Below are positions 37,806-49,822 of a stretch of DNA of 64,000 bases, one piece after another (the first letter of the stretch is position 1; every line of letters begins with the position of its first letter). Source of the DNA: Pseudovirgaria hyperparasitica (lineage: Eukaryota). The stretch is taken from NCBI GenBank assembly GCA_010093815.1, contig ML996570.1; one strand, given 5' to 3'. A program made the position numbers and the translations under genes. The notes under the pieces are model-generated. The model had not been told where the DNA came from. It searched no databases and saw only the letters and a list, made by a program, of their open reading frames with translations.

Positions 37806-38877
37806 GCTGATATCCGTGGAAAGATTGGAAGTCAATTGGGTGACTACATGAGAGTCAGGACGAATGTTGTGCACAAGAGAGCGTGAGGGTTTCAGATTCG
37901 GGTGCTTGTATGGTGGGAAGACGTAGGCATAGGAGGAAATCGTGAAGAGTCGCGCGACAAACATTCAAATGACGTCGGTGCGCTAAGCTCGAAAAGGTCG
38001 CGCTAGCACGTGCTCATTCACCCAAGGTTTGTATTATGTCATCCCTATTCTTTAGATCTTATTTAGTACTAGGCTTTTAGTACTTAGACAAGCAAATCCG
38101 TCATTTCACGACGAGCCAGAGGCGATGCGAAGACTCGAACGGCAAGAAGTCCAGACTTGGTAGTCAACTTTGACATCGTGTCGATCCTGAATTTCAATGA
38201 AGGCAGGTTCAGGCTCTAGATGGGCGCCTGGCAGTGGCAGTGGAACCGGGCCGCTTCGCCAATTATCGACTTCAGTACGCACACCATCAGCTGCGTAATA
38301 TATATGAAGAGAAGTGGCTGTCGTGGTCTACAAAGTTCGTAAACTGTACCGTGGACATGCGTGCTGCGATGCCAGGCGAGAGTGATGGTCTTCCGCCAGG
38401 TGTTCTTTCTGTCACAACTTGGCCGCCCGTATCTAGGCATTGCACCTTCCTGGACAAATCCCTTGATGGAGATACCTCTGCACCCTGCCGCGTCGCCTGC
38501 TGGCTCACCTGTGCGATCCGACCCTCTTGCTGAATCCAGGTCCTAGTCGCCAGATGCATCAGCCGGTGTATGTCGTACACCTCGAAGAGTACAGGCGACG
38601 GCCACTTGTGCTCTCGATACCTAGGATACCCGCTAATATACCAGAGATATTCCCAGTACGTTGGATTTGGTCGCTGATCAGAGATGTTGCGAGGCCCGTG
38701 TTGGAGCATCGTGCAGTGTATTTGGACTCTGCATGCAGATGATGCGTCCCTTTGAATACGGATGCGAATTACAAGGGACCAATTATCATACCATGGAAGA
38801 CGTCGAACATGTGGTAATACGTTGACCATGTCCCGGCGCCGTTGTGATCCCGCATGCCTACAGCACTATCAAAACCC

Positions 38878-39935
38878 TCAGATCGAGCTCTCATACCAAC
38901 GCCAAGCATCCAGAATCTTCTCATTCTGCTCCAAAAATAACGGCACATACTCTCTCGCCCAATCCGAACTAGAATAGCTCGTCCACAACGTTTTACAATT
39001 CTCCCAGTATTCAGGAAGCCAGCCAGACTGCTCCCAGTCTATAAGTGTAATAACGCGGTAGGGCGTAGAACTACTGACCATAATATTGGATTGGTGTAGG
39101 TCGCCATGCGTAAACCGGATAGGGGTATCATCCGGGAGGTCATAGCGGTAAGGCTCTATAGGAACATCTATACATTTATCCGGGAAAGCTTGGCGGCAGA
39201 GAAAGGCATACCAGTCGTGGAAGGCTTTGACGGATAGAAAAGGGCCACATTGTTCGGTGTAGCATTCCACGCTGCGGTCGTATATATGGTTGCGAAGAAT
39301 GTTTCCTAATGCACGTATTAGATGTCGATCTACTCTGTACATTTAACTGAACTTGCCGATATACTTATCTCGCGGATCTTGTTGAAGGGTTCGTAGGCTC
39401 CGTATTATTTCCCGTAAATCCTCGCAAACGACCCTCCGATTCTTCACGTCCATTTGCTCCCAAACGCTCTCAAGCGTTACGCCCCGTACTAATTCCATAT
39501 AAATAAATGTATCATCTCCATCAGTACGCCATCCATATACTTCTGGCACCGGGACTCGTTTACCTAGTATCTTATAAATAAATGTGTCATCTCCATCAGT
39601 ACGCCATCCATATACTTCTAGAGTACCGGGACTCGTTTACCTAGTATCTTATAAATAGAAAATAGACATAACGCCTCAGGGAGCGTTCGATCGATAGGTC
39701 CCCATTTAACAAAAAGGTTAAGATCGGACCACGAGGCCGGCGGCTTACGTCCATAGCTGCCGATTAAATGCTGTCTCCGTACGTCTAGGCATGTTTGGGA
39801 TTCTAGCTGCTGGCGGACTCGTATACGCACTTCGTCGGGCGTAGGCAGCTGTAAGTGATGCTGAAAGAAAGAAGATTCGCGACAATCATAGTTTTGGTCA
39901 GAGGGTACTGTAGATGGTGATAATGTGAGGGCCAT
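38878..39935 (-). pseudogene. APH/phosphotransferase-family gene disrupted by an internal tandem duplication and stop
   Basis: Motifs ESSFF..LPTPDEVR, LFVKWG, VPVPEVYGWRTDG..FIYMELVRGVTL and FTHGDLHQSNIMV..IDWEQSGWLPEYWE. GC-AG intron 39356-39306. The duplicated segment carries a 2-nt insertion and a TAG at 39618-39620. Confidence 0.88.
39498..39657. repeat. Direct tandem duplication (75 and 77 bp units) bounded by TATAAATA
   Basis: TATAAATA occurs at 39498, 39573 and 39650. The two intervening units are identical except for gtatc/gtgtc and ctggcacc/ctagagtacc. Confidence 0.95.
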
Positions 39936-40084
39936 GGACAAGAAATTTGTGGTCGAACTCGTAATGTTATGGAGAAAGGCTCAGATACTTGGGAGGTTGC
40001 AATGATTCGAAGTCACTACTTGCAGGCAGGTGGGTAGTGGTGGGAAATGGATTGCAGTCTTATCCGGATCTGCATGTGGAGGTT

Positions 40085-40262
40085 GTCCGATGCACAGTTC
40101 CCCGCGATTATGGCGAAATTCGCGCGCTTCGCTCTAACGGCTGTGGTTGACAAAATGCAATACTCATCTAGCTCCTAAATATACTCAAATTTGGAAGAAA
40201 CACGATATCAGCCGTTCTACGTTATCCCGCCGTCATAGATGCCTTACCCAGTCCAAGGCACA
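40085..40262 (+). mobile_element. Truncated pogo/Fot1-type (Tc1-mariner) DNA transposon relic, N-terminal HTH only
   Basis: Translates to PKYTQIWKKHDISRSTLSRRHRCLTQSK, matching the psq-type HTH (Y..IAKK.GV.RSTLSRRHRG.T.S) of fungal pogo-like transposases. No DDE domain follows; the 5' limit is approximate. Confidence 0.7.
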
Positions 40263-40814
40263 ACATGTTTCCCATCTCTCAGATTCTGTGACACGAAAGA
40301 TGCATATGGGACTGTGCCGCATGGCTGGCGCGTAAAACTGTTGCCTGGGAGCAAAGTAGACGAACACTAACCAGTGGAGAGGAGCAATACACTCCGGCAT
40401 CCTGCGAGCATCACGGTACGGTACGCCATCTTTCAGCGCCGCTCTACGTGAACAGCGTGGGCCATAAATATCCTCTGATCCCCGCGTCCAAAACCTCAGC
40501 CAGTACGCACATCTCCAACTTCTATCTCCTTCTCAAGTCATTCAATGCAAGCGTTGCTGGTACCAGAGGAGATACCTCAACACCAAAGCAAGCATCTCAA
40601 AACACGACTACATCATTGCTTCACTCCTCTCCGACCTCACCACCACAACGTCAAAACTGTGTAACACTCACAAGACTGCCTCATTCCAGCATTCCCAACC
40701 TCCTTCTCCGCGGAACTGCGCATCCCCAACGACGAGCTCTACCCATCCCCCAATATCCACGTCCCAAACATACCGTCCTAACGCAACCCATCTCCCTCGC
40801 CCTCCCCTTTCGCC

Positions 40815-41353
40815 ATGGCTCTCTCCACACGCACCATGTACATAGTGATTTCCGCTACCCAACAGGGAAAGCCTGCACACTGGGCAGTCTTCATCCCCGA
40901 CAACGATTTCATCGACGGAAAGAAAGGAAAGATAATCCACAATACCGGTAACCCTGCTACTGGCTTCACGCTCGAGTTCAGGCGCGGCGCCGACTATACC
41001 AACACCAGAAAGCGATACATGTTCTGCACTCTCGCCCAAGTCCACAGCAACTACATCCGTGATGTGCCGGTGACGGCGGAACTTAATGAAAGCACTGCGC
41101 GTGACCCGCTAGAATCGGTCGCTACGACTGTCCCTAACATTGGGCGGAGTCCCAAGCCCTTCGACCACACTCACCCTGAAGTAAGTGGATTGCTCGAGAC
41201 TATGCCAGTATGCGTTTTTGCCACGAGCTGACTAGCGGCCAGACCAAGAACTGCCAGGACTGGATCCACAATTATATAGAGGCTTTGATCGCTGCTGGAT
41301 ACATATCAACTGCAGCTCGAGACGCGCTGGCGAACATGCCAAAGTTTATATGA
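40815..41353 (+). CDS. Small DUF6540-like protein (His...NCQ.W, permuted papain-like pattern)
   Basis: ATG 40815, intron 41181-41242 (GTAAGT..GCTGAC..CAG). Motifs AHWAVFIP, GKIIH.TGNPATGF.LEFRR and KNCQDWI; stop 41351-41353. Confidence 0.8.
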
Positions 41354-44077
41354 TGTCCTCGGACTTACAGTCCTAGTGATGTTTCAGCTGCAATCGACGA
41401 TCGAGCTGTGTTCCCCGGTTATCTTTAAACCTGCGATCCTATAAGCGGCACATGTGCAGGTGGGAAACTATACGGCGTCAAATTCGAGTGGCAAGGTTGC
41501 AGAGTGTTAGTCTCGAGCTGCATACACAGTGACCTTGGCCGTTTGATCTGGTCGTGTGACTGACATTGAGCCGCGTACAGGATTGCTGATTGCTGACTCT
41601 GGAGAAGAGCCAGTTTCGACTCTGACTGGCGTACAGTACATGGACAATACAGTAGCATTTGATCATAATCCATGACAGACGTGTCTTGTTTCATATCGCA
41701 CGTTAACATCTGCATCCACCTTGGAAAGCTCATTCAAACGAGCAGAGTCATACTCTTCGTGTTTTAGGTTATTGGGATCTTGGTTTGCGGAAGAGTACAA
41801 GAGTTTGTTGGAGGCGAACGAGTTGAAGCAGGTGCTGAGCTGTTTCTAGGAAAGGCCCTCTGTATCGCTTTAGAACGTCAATCAACATAGTGACTACAGC
41901 TGAAGCAAGCCTTTCGAAACTAACATTGATAAGCGAGTACTTTATGGTCAGTGGAGTTACGCACTGGTTGTTGGAGAGCCGATAGTCTCCTTGCATCGGG
42001 ATAAGAGCGAGAATGTCTAATACCCAGAGTGATTCCACGATGTTCTGAATCGTCCGGTGGTTCATATATGTCATTCGTTCTAAGGGTATGGAACGCCTCT
42101 CGAAGCTGGTGTGTAGCGTCAGGGCTTCCAATAGCGAAGAACAATTTAGTGTTCCCGATTGGGACTAGTGGTCCTTCCTCTGCTTAAATAGCTTCCACAG
42201 AGACTCTCACTCTCTCTTCTTCACTCAATACAATTAAATACCTACAACATCTACAACCTCTATTTCAACAATAGACAAGCCGTTCATGGCATCTGTGCGG
42301 CGGCTGGGATGGGGTTGTTTTCGCGATGCGTTTTCGGGGGAGGGGGGGGCGGAGTATCGTGGCTTAGGATGTATAGTGATGATAGTCATCAGCATTGACC
42401 GTGGGGAATGGTATAGGCCTTTATTAAATAAAGCGTGTCAGGAGGAAACTGGTTTTGGTGAGCAGACGTCGAAGTGTATTTTTTGTTTCTTATTCACGGG
42501 CGCGAGTGCGCATACGATGCATGCTGCTGATAGACTGACTGCTAATGATCTGTATCGTTGAGAGAGGATGCAGATCGTGATGATTGCGGATTGGTGCACT
42601 TCGTCTTTGTGTCCTAATGATAGCCTGCACTACCCGTCTTGTGTTGAGAAGAGGAATCTATAGCGTAGCCGTATGTATGACTGACTATCATTCGAAGAAG
42701 TAGTCTTCTACGCCACGCCCAGTGAGTTGGTCGGTATTAGAACGTCATGTAGGAGTGGGTCTACATTAACAGTGGTACAGAAAAGAAGCATTGCTGATCG
42801 CTCCGGTTACACAAGATCGGCGGCGGCAGCCGTAGTACAAGATGGGTACTACCTAAGCCAGCTTAGAAATGACCTTCTCGACATCAACAATCCAAATCTC
42901 GCATTCTCGAGTCATGAGCATGTATCTACCAGACGTAACAATAAGGCTCGCACTGGGAACCGGCCAGATCCCGACGACCGGGCAGACTATCATTCCGCGG
43001 CCATGTATAGATGCATAGCATGTACTATCATTACCATGGCATGAGAACGACTTCTTCCTTCGTGCGACACATGCAGCCCTATCGAGTCAGAAATGTAGCG
43101 CGGTAGGGCTGCATGTGTGCTCGTCTTTCTCTGGACTGCGAATGGATGCGAATGCGAACAGGCGGCGACGTCTAGAGCGAGTCATCTGCGTGATGTGCAA
43201 GCATTGCCACAGTCTAATGGCGATATAGTGCTGATGCACACATAAGCCTGTAGTCGTCGCATGCTACCTACATGATGAGCGGACGCGTCGTTGCTGATGC
43301 GTTAGTGGGGAGAAATCAAGCCTTATCGGATGGGTCGGCTACTCCAGGAAGAGGTGAGGTGGCTACAAAAATGGAAGCAAGAAGATTCTTCACCGCATGT
43401 TGACGATGCTATGTGGCTTTAGATGCGCAGGATGAAAGATGACGACATGAAGGAGTGGAAATGAATGTGGAGGCTGGGGTTGCTGCATAAGGTGTGATTG
43501 AACAGTCAGCAACGACATGGATCAACCATGTTCAATGTTGCGGGAGTGCGATAAGATGGAGAGTGGGCACGTGAAAGTTAGATAAGCGATCCGAGTATCC
43601 TGGATTGATTGATTGATTGATTAATGATTCATGACTCATGCATGATTCAGTTTGTTTGCGATGCAAGTCTCGCTCAGCTTTCACACAATCCAGCCTGTAC
43701 AGCTCAATTCTTCCCACCTGAGTATTCTTGAATGCTCACCTGGGTGGTGAATGGCAGGTGGTTTGTAAGAGGTGGGCAGCTGTTCTAGGCTGTGTCATCT
43801 TCCAAGCCGTCTGCCGCGTCGTTCTGCACATTTGTGTGACCAGTTCGCAGCTCAAAAGACCCTCATGGCTCGTTGTGTGACTATCTGCAGTGATAGGTCG
43901 ACTGGGTCAGTTCCTGCATGTCGAGTATGCATGTTTCGGATGCTTCGGGAGAGTTTGGGTGCATCCATCTACAGTGTACATACAGAATATCATCTGCACA
44001 TGCACCCCATACATGTCTAATCACGCACCATTCCGATCGCTCCAGACCGGCGCCGCGTTCAGATGACAGATGACCCC

Positions 44078-44167
44078 TCACCACCACCACCATTTCGTCC
44101 ACCACCACTACTACTACCACCACCACTACTACTACCACCACCACTACTACTACCACCACCACCACCA
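44078..44167. repeat. Compound microsatellite with higher-order 18-bp unit (CAC)3(TAC)3
   Basis: caccaccactactactac occurs three times between CAC runs. Confidence 0.9.
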
Positions 44168-44949
44168 TCCCACGCACACGCAGCCATACACAGTCCATGA
44201 TCACGCGAAGCTGTCAAATACTCATATGCCTGTCCAATACCAGCCACCCCATGATACGCCCTGCTTGTTGCTCAACAGGGTTCACCGCCTCGTGCCGTAA
44301 AGGGTGTGCTGCTACTCTCCTGTACCATGCGACCCAGGGTCCAGTGCCTGTTTTGTGTCTTTTTCCTATATTTCTGCATAGTCACTCACCACAACAACTC
44401 CACTTAGTATTCTTCTTGTTTCCTTGTTTTATGAGCGTGAACTTCCCCTTCATCTCGATCTCCTTCTTATCTGCCGATCTTGTGTATGCAATCGTCGTTG
44501 CCGTCTCGCACGCACGAACGAACGCACAAACGCAGGTACACACGCAGGGCACACCATTAGGTCTCAGGTGAACGATCGGTCGCGTCTGAGTGATCGCCGC
44601 CTCCCGTGCACCCCTTCAATGAGGTACACCCACGCGCGGCTCTGCTGAGTCCGCGTATGCTCCGGTCACCGCTATATATTTGCGCGTGAGGAACGTTCTG
44701 CTGCGACTACATATTGCTCCCTGCCGCCACCAGATTGGCCCCCTTCTACCTCCCAAGTTCTCTTTGCACCATCAAGCGTCCTTCGCTTCATACTGCCTCG
44801 ACTTATCGACCGGCCTTGAGTCGGATCACCAGAGTAGTCGTCAGGCCTGTGTACTGTACTGTCGTTATCTCGCCCAACCTCCCCCCATGTTCTGACTTCC
44901 GCCTTGTACCTTGTCAGACATACCCATTCCCCCTCGGACTTCAGCAGTG

Positions 44950-45609
44950 ATGCCTTCGTTCGTCAATCACACCCGGGGCTATACCTGGCCACCCTCAGTA
45001 CACCTCCTCGACTCTTCCGATGTCGCCACTCATCTCGAGTCCGTGGCAGAAGAGCTACCAGACATCAACGAGGATCCCTTCGCCCACTTCATCAGCCCCG
45101 TCACCGAAGAAGACGACCCCTACGACGAAGAGTACGACTTCAACGCCGGCATCACAGTCGTCGAGCAGCCGCCAAACAAGGTCAAGTCGCAAAAGTTCCG
45201 CACCACTGTCGCCAAGAAGTGGGCGCAGTACGTCGCGCTGCACCATACCCATATCCACAGGATATACCACGGACCGACACTCAGTCAGATCGCAACAATC
45301 GACGAGCTGCTGCAAGAACCCCCCGAGCTGACGGACGACGAGGCCGTCCCGTACAAGGTCGAGGTTCGTGCTCCTCGAGAGCCCACTCGCGGTCGCGCCC
45401 AGGATCTCCTCTTACCAAGGCCTCGCTTCAGCAGAGGCCGACGATACAGCCGCACATCGTCAGGTCGTCGGCACTCGTGGCGCGAGCCGAGCCCAGACCT
45501 ATTCACTGTCATGGAGGAGTCGGAGGGACAATCGATGCGGGAGACTGATGATGGCGCGAGCCGGAGGTCGGAGCGGAACGTCACTGTGGTCGAGAAGTCG
45601 AGGCTGTGA
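44950..45609 (+). CDS. Hypothetical protein (about 219 aa)
   Basis: Strong C-ending codon bias. Conserved-looking motifs IN.DPFAHFISP, DFNAGI and RHSWREPSPDLFTVMEE. Confidence 0.75.
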   Translation: MPSFVNHTRGYTWPPSVHLLDSSDVATHLESVAEELPDINEDPFAHFISPVTEEDDPYDEEYDFNAGITVVEQPPNKVKSQKFRTTVAKKWAQYVALHHTHIHRIYHGPTLSQIATIDELLQEPPELTDDEAVPYKVEVRAPREPTRGRAQDLLLPRPRFSRGRRYSRTSSGRRHSWREPSPDLFTVMEESEGQSMRETDDGASRRSERNVTVVEKSRL

Positions 45610-46447
45610 TAGAGTCCCCATGGAGAGAGCATACTGGAAACAGAAAGACTGCTACATATCGGAGTTTTTTTTTTCACGGGATGCATAGGAATGGTGTCAG
45701 GCGTTTGTTTCTCGGATTGATATATTTTTTTGGGAAGGGGAGCATGATATTGGCGTTATACACGGGTCTTTCTGTTCGGCATTGGGGATTTCCTTGCTGT
45801 TTCGCATCGGCTTCATCTTCTTCTGGACGGACATAGGAACAATATGTCAAGTGAGTGGGTAGGAGGATTCGACAAAACATATCCGGAACGGTGGTCTCCT
45901 ATCAGTTGTTGGTATCGCGGAGGATTCTTGTCCGCGGCATGGTATATTAGCGCCATTGCATCGCGATGTTTCGATCAGGAACACTTTAATAATATACACT
46001 TCTTTCTTTTGTAGTTGTGGTCGTTTCGCAAACGTGCGGTGCATCGAGTAGTACGTCACAGGTTTCGTGGTCGGTGCTAGCCTTAGCGTTCCTCTCGCAA
46101 CGGCGCACGGACCAGTAAACAACTGTCGTCACCAGCCACTCCAACCTCCTCGTCCTGCCACATCATTTCACCATAATAATTCTATCTACAGACTTAGCAC
46201 GCTTTCTCACTTGTAAGAAACACCTTTTCAACCATTCTGGGACTTTTTACGCCATCATTGACCTTTGTATTAGTCTCGCACGCGCTCGCTGTCAGAGGAC
46301 TAAAGAAAGCCGTCTTGCTATCAGTATACGAAGCTACATTCCGCCAACGACCGTTTCTGAGGTCGAGGTAGACTCATTTTACAGCTGAGCTCCGGCTCCA
46401 GCGACGCTTACGCCTCACACAACTGCGACAATCGTTACATCCACATC

Positions 46448-47761
46448 ATGGCGCCTCTAACAACGTCAACCATTGCCGACGTCTACGATGGCCTCTCGCC
46501 CATGGCCGTCCATGCTTTGCATCGGAGAGCTGAAGAGGTCATTCAACATGGTCAAGGCGCTGCGCCTCCACGCTCCTTCAACAACCAAGGCTTCCTAGCT
46601 CTGTTCGCTATCATAGGCGGTGGCATGGTCATAGCAGCCATCTGGTTCTTCTTCTGGGCCAAGAACGGCGGGTTCAAGTTCCAGGAAGGAGACTGGGAAG
46701 AGTACAAGTCGACTGTGCTGCGACGCAAGGGTCCGGATGGCAGGACTCTGAGTAACGCGACGAAGAGCACCAAGCTCGGCGGTGGCAGTGTTGTCCACGG
46801 CGGCGGAGACTATGGCCAGAGCGAATACACCGAGTCGTCCGGATACACGGAAAAGAGCGAGATGAGGGAGCCCGACCGCGGTCACGGCATTCGAGGTGGC
46901 GGAGGACAGCACTCCAGTCGTTACAGCAACCGCAAGCCGCGAGACCCTGAGCTGGCAGAGTACCGCCACGAGAAGCCTGCGCGTGTGGGAGGCCTGAACC
47001 GCCAGAACGACGGCGTACACTTTGATTACTCCAACACCGGCTCCGATCTGTCACAGACTCCGCTCGTCAAAGGCAAAGACAAGGACAGCAGCAAGACCCG
47101 CGCCCAGAAAGAAAAGGAACGCAAGGCAAACGCAAAGGCCGCCCAGAAACACCTCAAAGCCGCCCAGAAGGAAGCCGCCGCGCAAGAGAAGAAGGCCAAG
47201 GCCGAGGCCAAAGCCGCCGAGAAGAGGCAAGCACAGAAGAAGAAGGACGCCGCCAAAGACAAAGACAACAAGCCTCCAAAGCCCTCGTCGTCCGGCCAAG
47301 CCTCGAGCTCGAAACCTCGCGCCCCGCCGACCGAGTACACCTACGACGACACCGCCACCGTATACACGAGCCCCTACACCGACTACGTGCCTCCTTCGCA
47401 GCCGTCGTCGACGTCGCAGGGCTCGCAACCATCGCAGCGCAGCCAGCCATCCTCCTACTACGACTCATACCGCCCGCACAACACCACCCGCTCGACAAAC
47501 ACCCCTCCCCGCACCCACTCCCAGTCGCCCCGCAAGCCTCGCCGCGTCTTCTCCGAGCGCGACTGGGCTACCGGGGTCAGCTCAGACTCCGGCACCAAGG
47601 CCTACCCGCACTACATTCCTGGGCTGAGCTCGGCAGGCAGTGTCGCGGTCGAGGACAGCGTCAGCCAAGCGGGCGCCCGTAGGGAGAGAGATCGCCGTGG
47701 CGGCGGAAATGGGTATCGACGCGGCGGTGGACGGAGGGATAGTCTGGATGGTGATGACTAG
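46448..47761 (+). CDS. Single-pass membrane protein, conserved ascomycete hypothetical
   Basis: Intronless 437 aa. TM segment FLALFAIIGGGMVIAAIWFFFWA followed by KNGGF..GDWEEYKSTVLRRKGPDGRTLSNATKSTKLGGGS and YRHEKPARVGGLNR. Confidence 0.85.
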   Translation: MAPLTTSTIADVYDGLSPMAVHALHRRAEEVIQHGQGAAPPRSFNNQGFLALFAIIGGGMVIAAIWFFFWAKNGGFKFQEGDWEEYKSTVLRRKGPDGRTLSNATKSTKLGGGSVVHGGGDYGQSEYTESSGYTEKSEMREPDRGHGIRGGGGQHSSRYSNRKPRDPELAEYRHEKPARVGGLNRQNDGVHFDYSNTGSDLSQTPLVKGKDKDSSKTRAQKEKERKANAKAAQKHLKAAQKEAAAQEKKAKAEAKAAEKRQAQKKKDAAKDKDNKPPKPSSSGQASSSKPRAPPTEYTYDDTATVYTSPYTDYVPPSQPSSTSQGSQPSQRSQPSSYYDSYRPHNTTRSTNTPPRTHSQSPRKPRRVFSERDWATGVSSDSGTKAYPHYIPGLSSAGSVAVEDSVSQAGARRERDRRGGGNGYRRGGGRRDSLDGDD

Positions 47762-47869
47762 GGGGAGGGATGTTGGTTGGTGTGTGTGGATGGATGGAGA
47801 ATGGAGAATGGAGGATGGAGGAATGAAGGAATGAAGCGCGGCATTTGAGCTTTTTACTGTAGATTAACA

Positions 47870-47895
47870 GGATGGATGGATGGATGGATGGATGG
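47870..47895. repeat. (GATG)n microsatellite
   Basis: Direct reading of the sequence. Confidence 0.9.
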
Positions 47896-48219
47896 GAAAC
47901 ATGATGATTGGGTGTTCTGGTTCTTTGACGACTATGAGCGATTGTTTCGGTCGGGGAACGGGCGTTATTGCTTTGTCTGCGTGCGGAGCTGGGTTGGCAG
48001 GATGACGACGGGATGGGCACATCCACCTGCTGGTCGAGACGACATGACACACACTGTATGTATGTAGAACAAAACATGAATGAAAGGAAGAAAGCACAAA
48101 TGCAATGCAATGTCAGCTAGCCAGCCAGACTGGATAGGATGTGCCTGCTCGTTCGTGCATGCATAATACGTGAAGACTCACTCACTTCTTGCCCCTGTCC
48201 CGGGAGGTCTCTTCCGAAT

Positions 48220-48265
48220 TGTTTGTTTTGTTTGTTTGTTTGTTTGTTTGTTTGTTTGTTTGTTT
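48220..48265. repeat. (TTTG)n microsatellite
   Basis: About 11 copies of gttt, immediately 3' of the endonuclease III stop codon. Confidence 0.9.
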
Positions 48266-48285
48266 CATTGCGACAAGCAAGCAAG

Positions 48286-49822
48286 CTACGGTCTCTTGGA
48301 TCTCCTCCGTGTTGATCTTGCGGGCAGAGAGGGCGAGCGACCGAGGTCTTCAATGTCTGGGACAGCTGTAGTGGTGTGAGGAGGAATGTCTTCGAGCTTG
48401 ACGCGTGCCTCTCCGTCTTCTTCTTTCTCTTTCTTCTCTTTCTTCTCTTTCTTCTCTTTCTTCTCCCTCTTCTCCCTCTTCTCCTTTTTCTCCAGCTCAC
48501 CAACCCCATAATCATCATCCCCATCCCAATCCCCATCCCCATCCTCCCCCTTCCCCCCCATCCCACTCCTCCCCCCACCAACCGCCCCCGGACAAAGCCC
48601 CTCGACCGCAAGCCTACAAACCCCACACCTCCTCCCCACCGGCAAACAAACCGACTGCCCAAACCCCACAAGCAAATTATTAACATCATGCCACAGCCCC
48701 CTCGGCAACCAAGCCTGCAGCTTCTTCCTCGTCTCCTCTGGTGTCTTCGTGACATGCCAGCCCCACAGATTCGTGATGCGGTGGACATGCACATCCACGC
48801 CGATGCCCTCGTCGCGGCCCCAGCAGGCGGACATGGCTAGATAGGCCATTTTGGGGCCGACGCCGGGGAGGGACATGAGGGCGGGGATGGAGTCGGGGAT
48901 GTCGGATGCGAAGCGGGTTTTGAGGAGAGTGGCGGTGGATTTGATGTGGGTTGTTTTGGTGTTGTGGAAGCCTACTTTGTTGATGTAGGTGTGCAGGGTG
49001 GGGGCGGGGAGGGAGAGGATTGTTTCGAGGGTGAAGCCCTGTGTTTTGGGTGTGTGTTAGTGTTGGGGAGTGTTTGGTGTGCTGGTGGAGAGGTTGGAGC
49101 TGTTTGTTTTGAAGGGGGGAGAGGAGGGGGACAGGACGTACACCGGGCATGTTCTTCTGCATATTCCAGATCGTCGGCGCCGTAACGGTGTCTTTGGTCT
49201 GCGACGAGAGCATGAGCGCGATGAGCGTTTGGAAGCGGCGGTTGCGCGGGTCGGGCTCGTTGTTTGCAACCATTTCGCAGCCCATGGTGTCGACGGGCGC
49301 GGGGGTCTTGTTGCGCATCTCGCGCGTGAGTGTGTACATGCGTTCCCAGTTTGGGGGCGGGTCGATGGGCTCGTGTTCGGGGGCTGCTGGCTTTTGTTTC
49401 TTGGTTTTCGGGTTCGTCGTCTTGGGTGCTGCTGGTTGTCTGCGCGGTTTCTTTGGGCGGATGGTCTTGGTGAGGGTGGGTTCGGTGGTCGATGTAGTAG
49501 TAGTCGATGTAGTCGTCGCCTCAGCGCAAGTAGTATCACTTGTACCAGACGAGTATACACCACCACCGCGTTTGCGCTTCCGTCCAGCAGTCCCCATCTT
49601 AGACCCAACCTCCTCCTTCTCACTCTCCGCCTCACTCTCAAAATCAGACGGCACCGACGACAGTTCCGACTCCGACTCAGACACCACCTCACTCTTCACA
49701 ACCCCAACTCCAACTTTTTCTATTGCTCCATTTGCACGGGCTCGCTGTGGCCTGGACCGACTTGATCTTGACAGCGCAGTCAAGAGATGAGACGTCTCCT
49801 TTGAGATCCGGGAGGTCTTCAT
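48286..49822 (-). CDS. NTH1: Endonuclease III-like DNA glycosylase/AP lyase (Nth1/Ntg)
   Basis: Intron 49141-49039. Motifs [33 protein letters not shown], Hh[20 protein letters not shown] and the 4Fe-4S motif [20 protein letters not shown]. Confidence 0.96.

Noticed and set aside
39498..39657. Repeat-spacer-repeat pattern as a CRISPR array
   Set aside because: The locus is eukaryotic, the intervening units are copies of each other rather than unique spacers, and there are no cas genes.
42286..42561. 91-aa ORF after a CA-rich leader-like tract
   Set aside because: No domain and no codon-bias support.
44070..44300. His/Tyr-rich 76-aa ORF and antisense poly-Val ORF
   Set aside because: Both are by-products of a stop-free CAC/TAC microsatellite; no other coding evidence.
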